A DNA stretch of 64,000 nucleotides from a virus. The notes below the pieces were generated by a model. It saw only the letters and a program-made list of their open reading frames with translations, was not told where the DNA came from and ran no database searches. Position numbers and translations under genes: made by a program. This document shows, one piece after another, positions 53,228-60,813 of this stretch (within the stretch, counting starts at the first letter, position 1; each line of letters begins with the position of its first letter). The stretch is taken from the IMG/VR virus record IMGVR_UViG_3300027969_004705, positions 8,672 through 72,671 of that record; one strand, written 5' to 3'.

Positions 53228-54000
53228 GTTGTAATACTAATACCGCAAATTGTGACCCTTTAAATATTTTTGCTGCTAATGCAATACCTCAATGTGGTCA
53301 GATATTTAGTCCGCATACTTTTCAAGCTGAGCAATTAATATATAGCAATGCATATAGCGATTTAATTAATAGTTTAGGAGTACCTATTAATTATTATGTT
53401 AATACTTTTAACTTTAATACTGCAGACTTTATATACGGAGAGGAACCAACAAGTAAATTTTTAGGACCTTTTGTTATGCAAATGTTTGTTGAGCTTACTG
53501 AGGCATCGATTAACCTTTCAAAATTTGGGTATGCCGCGGGGGACGACCTAGTTGGTTATCTTCACATTAATACCTTTACAACCACGTTATCTCCGCAAGT
53601 TAATTACGCTTTATATAACCAATCTATTGAACCTAAATCAGGTGATTTAATAGAGATGACAGCTCTTGGATGCGATAGACCTAATGGTAGAGGTTCTAAA
53701 ATCTTTGAAATTACTGAAAGAGTTGATCAAGATGTATCTTCACTTAATCCTTTGTTAGGTCATTATGTTTATAGATTGAAAGCGAAACGTTACGAGTATT
53801 CATTCGAACCAGGATTAACTGGTGAGTCAGTTAATGATCAAGTTTTTGATAACTCTTTCTCTGGCATTGTTTCTTCTAGTCTTGTTGGACAATTATCTTC
53901 TCAAGCTAAATTATACAACTCAGATATTGATATTACATCTAAACAAGTTGTTTTGGATATGGATGCTAATAAGACAGATATATATGGAAGTTATTATTAA
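53224..54000 (+). CDS. gp14: Neck protein (gp14-like)
   Basis: IYGEEPTSKF, LSKFG, EPKSGDLI, FEITE, YRLKAKRYEYS. Confidence 0.8.
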   Translation: MSCNTNTANCDPLNIFAANAIPQCGQIFSPHTFQAEQLIYSNAYSDLINSLGVPINYYVNTFNFNTADFIYGEEPTSKFLGPFVMQMFVELTEASINLSKFGYAAGDDLVGYLHINTFTTTLSPQVNYALYNQSIEPKSGDLIEMTALGCDRPNGRGSKIFEITERVDQDVSSLNPLLGHYVYRLKAKRYEYSFEPGLTGESVNDQVFDNSFSGIVSSSLVGQLSSQAKLYNSDIDITSKQVVLDMDANKTDIYGSYY

Positions 54001-54017
54001 TAACACCTTGATATAAT

Positions 54018-54035
54018 AATGAACTACCATATAAT
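54018..54035 (+). promoter_or_regulatory. Early-type promoter motif
   Basis: AATGAACTACCATATAAT, 6 nt before ATG 54042. Confidence 0.75.
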
Positions 54036-54041
54036 CATTGT

Positions 54042-54737
54042 ATGGTATTCTTTAATGAGGAGCAACACTCTTACACTAATGCAGAAGGCGAGAACTATAT
54101 CTCTGTAACAACTCTATTATCAAAATATAAAAACAAATTTGATACAGAAAAACATGCAACAAGGGTAGCTCTAAAAGAAGGTGTTACAAAAGAATTTGTA
54201 ATACAAATATGGGAAGATATTACAAAAACTGCTACAGATAGAGGAACAGAGATTCATAAAGCTTTAGAAGACCACATTACAAAAGCTAAAAATAATAGTG
54301 ATAAACATAGTGATAAACATAGTGACATATGTAAAAGCTATGACGATATTGTTTACAATAATATTGATAAATATAATGTAGTTCTTAGTGAAAAATTATT
54401 ATACATCGATGAATATAAGGTAGCAGGTACAGCTGACTTAATTTATGAACATGATAAATACTTTACAATAGGCGATTTTAAAACCAATAAAAAGTTTAAT
54501 TTTTCAAGTAAGTATAATGAATACTTTAATGAACCTTTAAGTCATCTTAATTATTGCGAGTTTAATAGTTATGCTTTACAGTTATCACTTTATGCATTTA
54601 TGTATGAAAATTACTCAGGTAAACAATGTCGAAAGATTGTTATATTTTATTTAGAAAAGGATAAATTCATTCCTATACACTGCAACTATTTAAAGAGTGA
54701 TGTAATTAATTTACTTAAACATTATAAAAATATATAA
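54042..54737 (+). CDS. PD-(D/E)XK exonuclease (RecB/Cas4-like)
   Basis: SVTTLL, RGTEIH, SE, AGTADL, IGDFKT, YALQLSLYA. Confidence 0.85.
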   Translation: MVFFNEEQHSYTNAEGENYISVTTLLSKYKNKFDTEKHATRVALKEGVTKEFVIQIWEDITKTATDRGTEIHKALEDHITKAKNNSDKHSDKHSDICKSYDDIVYNNIDKYNVVLSEKLLYIDEYKVAGTADLIYEHDKYFTIGDFKTNKKFNFSSKYNEYFNEPLSHLNYCEFNSYALQLSLYAFMYENYSGKQCRKIVIFYLEKDKFIPIHCNYLKSDVINLLKHYKNI

Positions 54738-54771
54738 AAAGTTTCTTTTTTGTATTATATATTTATATAAT

Positions 54772-54987
54772 ATGAAAAAAACTGCTATACTTAAAAAGCT
54801 AAGTCAGTATGTAGATAATATTTTCGAAAATCTTGATAATATTTCAACATTACTTGAATTAGATCTAGAAGATGATGAACTATGTCTTTTATCTGAACAA
54901 TTTAAAAAAATTGTTGAAGAAGCAATTAGTGAGAATGAAGATTGTAACTACAACGATATTGTAGAGTATATTAACAATACTTATTAA
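54772..54987 (+). CDS. Small acidic hypothetical protein
   Basis: 71 aa; stop overlaps the next start. Confidence 0.65.
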   Translation: MKKTAILKKLSQYVDNIFENLDNISTLLELDLEDDELCLLSEQFKKIVEEAISENEDCNYNDIVEYINNTY

Positions 54988-55847
54988 TGAAAAAGATATT
55001 AATAATTGGTAAGGGATATATTGGTAATATATTATTTAATAACTTACGTCAAAATAATTTACATGTACAAATTATTAGTAAGCAAGATATAGACTATACT
55101 AATAATGATATATTCACAACATTTTTATTATCTAATAAAACGTTTGATTATGTTATAAATTGCTCTGGCTATACTGGCATTCCTAATATAGATCAAGCTG
55201 AAACAAATAAAGCAGAATGTTGGAAGTATAATGTGTCAGTGCCGTATAATGTCAGTAAAATATGCGCGTTACATAATATCGAATTTATTAACATATCAAC
55301 CGGCTGTATTTATTCAGGATACAGTAAAGACTTTACTGAAGAGGATGTACCAAACTTTGGTATGTTCGATACTAGCTCTTACTATAGTAAGAGTAAACAT
55401 GCGTATGAATTAATAAGAGAGTATGGAATGAATATTCGTATTCGAATGCCGTATTGTGATACGAAGTGTAATAAAAATTTCTTAAGCAAAATTATAAGTT
55501 TTAATAATATTTGTAATTTAAAAAATTCTAAAACATATATTAATGATTTGGTAAAGTTTTTAAACTTTTTTATTGAAAGCTCTGAGTTTAAAGCTAATGA
55601 TGTAGGGCTTTTAAATTTTGTTAACCCTACAGCATTGTATATAGAAGATATAGTTAGCATATTAACAGAATATAAGCTCAATAATACATCCTGGGCATAT
55701 ATTGATATTAGTAAATTAGCGCTAGCTGCACCTCGATCTAACTGCGTTTTATCTACAGAAAAGTTAAATCGACTTTTTCCTGAATTTAAATTGCAGGATG
55801 AAAAAGACGCTATTATTAATGCAATAAGTAATTGGGAATTATATTGA
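54987..55847 (+). CDS. NDP-sugar reductase/epimerase (RmlD-like SDR)
   Basis: GKGYIG Rossmann motif, NCSGYTG.PNID.AE, STGCIY, YSKSK (YxxxK), PRSNCVLS. Confidence 0.85.
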   Translation: MKKILIIGKGYIGNILFNNLRQNNLHVQIISKQDIDYTNNDIFTTFLLSNKTFDYVINCSGYTGIPNIDQAETNKAECWKYNVSVPYNVSKICALHNIEFINISTGCIYSGYSKDFTEEDVPNFGMFDTSSYYSKSKHAYELIREYGMNIRIRMPYCDTKCNKNFLSKIISFNNICNLKNSKTYINDLVKFLNFFIESSEFKANDVGLLNFVNPTALYIEDIVSILTEYKLNNTSWAYIDISKLALAAPRSNCVLSTEKLNRLFPEFKLQDEKDAIINAISNWELY

Positions 55848-55865
55848 AATGAACTTCAATATAAT
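55848..55865 (+). promoter_or_regulatory. Early-type promoter motif
   Basis: AATGAACTTCAATATAAT. Confidence 0.75.
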
Positions 55866-55900
55866 ATTAGAATAACAACAATAACTAACAATAAAATCAA

Positions 55901-56761
55901 ATGCCCATTCTAACTAATATTAACACTCTTGAAGATATTCCTACCTTTAACATTATTAAAGAAGAAGTCTTTGATTCAAAAGGCGCTCGTATTCCATCAA
56001 CCTTCTCTCTTATGCGAGAAGATTCTCGAGACCATCTTGGAATTTGTAAAGAAGACTATCGACCTATTCAAATTGATGAAATGCTTGATGTAGTAAAAAC
56101 TGCATGCGAAAAAATCGGTGGCATTACTCACGATGGGTATACTTTACTAAAAAAAGGTCAACGCGTTATGATTCGCTCTGTTATGCCTGAGGTACAGAGT
56201 TTATCTAACGATAAAATGATTGGTCACTTTTATACCATTATTGATAATACTGGTAAATCTGCCAATAAAACGATTCCTTCTTCATTGCGGCTAGTGTGTG
56301 ATAATCAAATGAGCTTGCTCTACGCAGAAGCTAGGCGTAATAATGATAGTAAAGTACGTCGCGATACTAACGGTCAGAACATTAGACATGCCTTTACGTT
56401 TGATCAGAAAGTTCACGCTTTTGCTAATAATATCGCTAATAATATGGAAATGTTAGCTAATTTTGCTGATACAGCAGAACATCTTAGAAATTCTTCGTAC
56501 GATACTGATAAAATGCTGCAACTTACACAACGATTGATTCCTACTGAAAAGAATGAAACATCTCAGCTAATTAGGAAGCGCGAAACTATTGTCGATCTAT
56601 TTACTAATGGTGCTGGTAATGAAGGTAAGTCTCGTTGGGATGCATTAAATGCTTTCACTGAGTTCGAATCTAAGCAGAAATTTACTGCCGCTAAACTACT
56701 GAGAAATCTCACATCTAACAATCTATCTAATCGCGCATTAGCTATTTTAATTAATAACTGA
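55901..56761 (+). CDS. DUF932-family protein
   Basis: LG....YRPIQ, RLVCDN, IRH, WDALNAFTE. Confidence 0.75.
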   Translation: MPILTNINTLEDIPTFNIIKEEVFDSKGARIPSTFSLMREDSRDHLGICKEDYRPIQIDEMLDVVKTACEKIGGITHDGYTLLKKGQRVMIRSVMPEVQSLSNDKMIGHFYTIIDNTGKSANKTIPSSLRLVCDNQMSLLYAEARRNNDSKVRRDTNGQNIRHAFTFDQKVHAFANNIANNMEMLANFADTAEHLRNSSYDTDKMLQLTQRLIPTEKNETSQLIRKRETIVDLFTNGAGNEGKSRWDALNAFTEFESKQKFTAAKLLRNLTSNNLSNRALAILINN

Positions 56762-56764
56762 TCA

Positions 56765-57019
56765 ATGAACATTATAAGATACTTAACTACAGAACCAGAT
56801 AATAAGTGTCTTGTAGATATCGTTCACTCTTTTACTGAAGATATTTTAAATATACACGATATTTTTATTTATCCTATTATAAATAAAGAAGACGATGATG
56901 GTATAATAACAGAAATTGTAGGTACACGAATTCTACTTAGTGATGAACTTAAAATAGACTATGCAAATACCATGCACCAAATATTAGTCAAAGAGCTAAA
57001 ATTAACATTACCTGAATAA
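56765..57019 (+). CDS. Hypothetical protein
   Basis: 84 aa in the operon. Confidence 0.6.
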   Translation: MNIIRYLTTEPDNKCLVDIVHSFTEDILNIHDIFIYPIINKEDDDGIITEIVGTRILLSDELKIDYANTMHQILVKELKLTLPE

Positions 57020-57029
57020 AAAAAAGCCC

Positions 57030-57206
57030 ATGTTTGAAGAAAAAATTGGAGACACACGTTTCGAATACGAAAAAAATAGCAAAAGAATTAACATATATGT
57101 AACAGGAGATATTGACCCTGTATCATACATTACTGTTGATCAAAATTTAACTGAAAAAGACTTTCATTATGAAATTATGACTTGGGCATTGCAAAAAGGC
57201 TATTGA
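57030..57206 (+). CDS. Small hypothetical protein (58 aa)
   Basis: MFEEKIGDTRFEYEKNSKRINIY...QKGY* fills the gap. Not in the ORF track. Confidence 0.6.
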   Translation: MFEEKIGDTRFEYEKNSKRINIYVTGDIDPVSYITVDQNLTEKDFHYEIMTWALQKGY

Positions 57207-57248
57207 TAAAACTAAACTTTCCATCAAGTATCCATTAAATATTATGAC

Positions 57249-57569
57249 ATGGATACTGAAAAGTCATTAGTTAAAGAGTTTATAAACGGTGGTTGGGTAG
57301 TACCTGTAGTGGGCGCATTAGCTATGCTAGCTCGTTTATTAACATCGCCTAATCCTATACCTATTGTAGAGCAGATAAAAAAAATAGTTACTGCTGCTCT
57401 TGCTTCAGGTATATCATGGTTTGTTCTAGAGCAGACTGATATAGGTAGTTTAACTAAAGCAATTACATATGGTATAATTGGTGTAGTCTCTCCAGAAATT
57501 ATAAATGGATTAATTAAGCTAGGTAAACGGTTTGAAAAAAATCCTACTCAGTTTATAGACAAAAAATAA
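57249..57569 (+). CDS. Small membrane protein, holin-like
   Basis: Three hydrophobic segments, basic C-tail; TTAAATA 7 nt upstream. Confidence 0.55.
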   Translation: MDTEKSLVKEFINGGWVVPVVGALAMLARLLTSPNPIPIVEQIKKIVTAALASGISWFVLEQTDIGSLTKAITYGIIGVVSPEIINGLIKLGKRFEKNPTQFIDKK

Positions 57570-57588
57570 AAATATCTTTTAAACTTAG

Positions 57589-57780
57589 GTGTCTATTCAT
57601 AGCATAATATATAACATAATTATTATTTTTTGCTGCTTTAAAGCTAAAGCACAGCAAAAAATTAGACGTGAACAAAAAATACAATTAGAAATTATAAAGC
57701 AAAAATTAGAAAAACAACTCATAATAAAAAGATTAATTGTAATTAAAAACCGTGTAAAAAAAGAACAACAAGCTCTGTAA
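57589..57780 (+). CDS. Possible small basic protein
   Basis: GTG start, hydrophobic N-terminus then Lys-rich; weak call. Confidence 0.35.
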   Translation: MSIHSIIYNIIIIFCCFKAKAQQKIRREQKIQLEIIKQKLEKQLIIKRLIVIKNRVKKEQQAL

Positions 57781-57797
57781 ACGAACTATAATATAAT
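57780..57797 (+). promoter_or_regulatory. Early-type promoter motif
   Basis: AACGAACTATAATATAAT, 6 nt before ATG 57804. Confidence 0.75.
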
Positions 57798-57803
57798 ATA
57801 TAA

Positions 57804-58049
57804 ATGAACTGTGAATGTGGAAAAATTGTCGAATTTGGTCGAGTCAGTCTTGGGCTTACTATTTGTAAGTCTTGCGCTAATCGGGTACCTAGTACTGATC
57901 GTGTGCGTGGTCGTATGGTATATCTTGATAAGTGTACTCCTGTTATGGAGGTTCATTCTCACACAAGTTGGAATGATAATAAAAAATACTTTACACCTAA
58001 CGGCGCACGCTCTGCTGTAAAAAACTTTTCTAGAAACTCCTGCTGCTAA
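57804..58049 (+). CDS. Zinc-finger protein (DksA/TraR C4-like)
   Basis: CECGKIVEFGRVSLGLTICKSCA. Confidence 0.6.
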   Translation: MNCECGKIVEFGRVSLGLTICKSCANRVPSTDRVRGRMVYLDKCTPVMEVHSHTSWNDNKKYFTPNGARSAVKNFSRNSCC

Positions 58050-58052
58050 TAT

Positions 58053-58202
58053 ATGAATAACGGTGCATGGTCTGGAGGCAAAGGCTCAATACCTCGCAAG
58101 GTTAATAAAAAAGCATATGATGATTCCTATGAAAAAATATTCAAAAAGAATATTGAAGTAATTGTAAAAAATACAACCCCTACTGCTAAAGATGCAAACT
58201 AA
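58053..58202 (+). CDS. Small protein (49 aa) with GGKGSxPR...YEKIF motif
   Basis: MNNGAWSGGKGSIPRKVNKKAYDDSYEKIFKK...; motif recognised from small phage proteins. Not in the ORF track. Confidence 0.6.
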   Translation: MNNGAWSGGKGSIPRKVNKKAYDDSYEKIFKKNIEVIVKNTTPTAKDAN

Positions 58203-58722
58203 TCATTCTTCTTTATATACTAAATATCCTAATATTTTTATACCACACTTAACTGATAACTGTGTTTGCTTTCCAGACGAGTGGTTAAATGTTGTTGATC
58301 ATATGTGTAGTACTATTAATACCTATAGTAGTAAAACAAACGCTGTGGTAGTAAGACCGAGATTAAAGTATCGCTATATATTCTATGTTAAATATTGGCC
58401 GAAGTTAAAAGCTTTTGTCTTTAAAATTCTTGACCCTGAGCGTAATTATTATCTTATGTATAAAAAAGTGTGGGTTAATACTGCTTTTGATAATCACCGT
58501 ATTGCTAATACTCTTTGTTACAAACTTCTTGATAGGTTTAATAAATTAGCTTTTAAATTTTTTAATGGTTATTCGTTTTTTGAAAATCAGCCCAAGTTTA
58601 AAATAAATGAAATTACTAATACTGGAGGTAATTTGGTTATGTATTATAGTGGAGGTGATAATTTTATCCGAGGTGTAATTAGTCTCGCGCAGCATATTAT
58701 TAAATCAAAAACAGCCATTTAA
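58192..58722 (+). CDS. Hypothetical protein
   Basis: LYTKYPNIF...W...GGNLVMYYSGGD...GVISLA. Confidence 0.65.
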   Translation: MQTNHSSLYTKYPNIFIPHLTDNCVCFPDEWLNVVDHMCSTINTYSSKTNAVVVRPRLKYRYIFYVKYWPKLKAFVFKILDPERNYYLMYKKVWVNTAFDNHRIANTLCYKLLDRFNKLAFKFFNGYSFFENQPKFKINEITNTGGNLVMYYSGGDNFIRGVISLAQHIIKSKTAI

Positions 58723-58727
58723 TAATT

Positions 58728-58745
58728 AACGAACTATTATATAAT
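58728..58745 (+). promoter_or_regulatory. Early-type promoter motif
   Basis: AACGAACTATTATATAAT, 7 nt before ATG 58753. Confidence 0.75.
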
Positions 58746-58752
58746 TAGATTA

Positions 58753-59448
58753 ATGAAATCTAAAAATTTAATTTGCTTACTCGGTGACGTTCATGGTAAG
58801 TTTAACTACCTGCGCGCTAAAATTATTAATGCTAAATTAACTGATTGTTATCTTATATGCGTCGGTGATTTAGGTATTGGATTTAATTTTCCTGATTTTG
58901 AAAAAAAAGATCTTGAAGATTTAAATTTGTTTTTCAAAAAACGTAATATATCCTTTTTATCTATTCGAGGTAACCACGATGATCCTAAGCCGTTTAACGA
59001 CAACTTTAAATTATCAAACTTTGAACTAATACCTGATTATACTTTTAGAATCATTAATGACGAAAGATTCTTATTTGTTGGTGGAGCACATTCTATTGAC
59101 CGTTATATGAGGCAACAAAAAGGTTATGGTTGGTGGTTAGATGAAGCTTTTGTACTAAAACCTGACCTAATCCAAGAATGTGATATACTTATTACTCATA
59201 GTGCACCTAATTGGTTATATCCATCTCCGTTACCGTCTTATGTTATTCCTAACGAAGACCCTAATTTGTATAAAGATTGTGCAGAAGAAAAAAATAATAT
59301 TGACAGTCTAGTTAAACAGTGTAAAGCTTCTCGTATTTATACAGGTCATTTTCACGAGAGCATTACGTTTCACCATAATTATGAGGAGACTAACTGGTGT
59401 CATGGCAGAATTCTCGCAGAGTTAGAATTAAAAGAGCATAAAAAATAA
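58753..59448 (+). CDS. Calcineurin-like metallophosphoesterase
   Basis: GDVHG, VGDLG, RGNHD, ITHSAP, GHFH. Confidence 0.92.
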   Translation: MKSKNLICLLGDVHGKFNYLRAKIINAKLTDCYLICVGDLGIGFNFPDFEKKDLEDLNLFFKKRNISFLSIRGNHDDPKPFNDNFKLSNFELIPDYTFRIINDERFLFVGGAHSIDRYMRQQKGYGWWLDEAFVLKPDLIQECDILITHSAPNWLYPSPLPSYVIPNEDPNLYKDCAEEKNNIDSLVKQCKASRIYTGHFHESITFHHNYEETNWCHGRILAELELKEHKK

Positions 59449-59458
59449 TCTATATTGA

Positions 59459-59476
59459 AATGAACTTCGATATAAT
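59459..59476 (+). promoter_or_regulatory. Early-type promoter motif for the RadA N-half
   Basis: AATGAACTTCGATATAAT. Confidence 0.75.
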
Positions 59477-59506
59477 TAAGGAAGTAATTAACCTAATATA
59501 TTAAAA

Positions 59507-59770
59507 ATGAATCTCTTAAATCATTCTTCTAACTTTACAAAAGTTTCTGATGTTACTATTCCTAGTATCTTTTACAATCGTATCAAGACGGGAATCGCAG
59601 AGATGGATGAAATGTATGGCGAAGGTATTCTTCCTGGAAGTGCTACTACTCTTACAGCTCAAGCTGGATGCGGCAAGTGTCACGGTCCTAATGAGATTAT
59701 TGAAATTTTTGGATCGGACGATATTATTAATAAATTCCAAACGTGGTTGGCCGCTAAAGCGGGCAAATAG
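59507..59770 (+). CDS. radA: RadA/Sms-like ATPase N-extein (57 aa) fused to split-intein N-fragment (30 aa; 59678-59767)
   Basis: RIKTGIAEMDEMYGEGILPGS...AQAGCGK, then CHGPNEIIEI (intein block A) in place of the Walker A Thr. Confidence 0.88.
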   Translation: MNLLNHSSNFTKVSDVTIPSIFYNRIKTGIAEMDEMYGEGILPGSATTLTAQAGCGKCHGPNEIIEIFGSDDIINKFQTWLAAKAGK

Positions 59771-59780
59771 CTCACGCAGG

Positions 59781-59788
59781 CATAAATA
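59781..59788 (+). promoter_or_regulatory. Late-type promoter for the endonuclease
   Basis: CATAAATA 5 nt before ATG 59794. Confidence 0.65.
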
Positions 59789-59793
59789 GTTAT

Positions 59794-60813
59794 ATGAATA
59801 TAACTCAACGTATACGAAAAAATAAAAAGGCCTATGTAACAGTCATAAAACATTGCATATCTTATAAAGATATAGAAGATTTTTTAATTGATATATCTTT
59901 AAAAAGGGGGTTAAACTTTTTACCGTTTAAAAACTATAATCATGTTAAGAGTTTTTTCGATAGCTGTTTAACAAAAGAGTCTATGTCTGCATGGGATTTA
60001 GAGATTCAATTTAATAAATGGAAAACTGCCAATAACCTGAAGGCAACAGGAATCCTACAGTCAAATTATTATATTTTACGTGGCTATACTAAGCAAGAAT
60101 CAGATTTTATAATAAAAGAACACCAAACTACTCGTTCAAATACAAATAAGTTACAGCGTGTAAAAAAATCAGTAAAAACAAAACGAGATAATAACTTATA
60201 TACAGCAAAACAGCAGGCTAGAGGTCGCAATTTTTACCTTAATAAAGGCTTCTCATATAGTGAAGTTGATGCTATAATGAATAAGAGAAATAATCAATGG
60301 CAAACATCTATGCAGCTAGCTATAGAACGTGACCCTTCTATTAATCCTCGTAAGGGAAGAAACAGACATCAGTTAATAGAACAGTATGGATATACAAAAG
60401 CTTGCGATATTATTGCATCTCGATTAAATGCTTCAATTTCTAAACCAGAAAAAAATATACGGAATTTACTGTCAGATAATTGGCAATCTCAGTGGTATAT
60501 AAATACAGGTAACAAATTTTTTATATATGATTTTATTAATCATGCAGCTAAAATTATATTAGAATTTAATGGTGATATATGGCACGCTAATCCAGAATTA
60601 TACTCTGAAAATTGGATTAACCCTGTAACAAAAAAAACAGCAAAAGAAATATGGAAACATGATAAAGAAAAAAAAATTATAGCTGAATTATTAGGTTACA
60701 AAGTTGTAACTTTTTGGGAAAAAAACTATAACGAACTCCGATATAACGAACTCCGATATAATAATAAAGCAATACAAAATAAACTATATGAAATCATTAA
60801 CGGTAACATTTAA
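59794..60813 (+). mobile_element. Free-standing Vsr/DUF559-like putative homing endonuclease between the split-gene halves
   Basis: SKPE, YDF, IILEFNGDIWHANP, HDKEK, GYKVVTFWE. Confidence 0.8.
60727..60762 (+). promoter_or_regulatory. Tandemly duplicated early-type promoter for the RadA C-half, inside the endonuclease 3' end
   Basis: 15-bp unit tataacgaactccga x2; the second copy completes AACGAACTCCGATATAAT (60745-60762). Confidence 0.75.

Noticed and set aside
54294-54324. 12-bp repeat (atagtgataaac) encoding SDKH units
   Set aside because: Short in-frame slippage duplication in a probable loop, with no sign of function.
54042-54737. Cas4 as part of a CRISPR system
   Set aside because: No cas genes or array nearby and the Fe-S cysteine set is not evident; this is a common stand-alone phage exonuclease.
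59507-59770. RadA pseudogene or assembly frameshift
   Set aside because: The break falls exactly at the Walker A K|T, with Cys1 and His-Asn|Thr intein termini and all extein motifs intact.
59770-60788. Group I intron or ribosomal bypass joining the RadA halves
   Set aside because: Only 23 nt of non-coding sequence lie upstream of the nuclease, which overlaps the downstream ORF, leaving little room for a ribozyme core. The C-half has its own promoter motif and ATG, and intein motifs flank both junctions.
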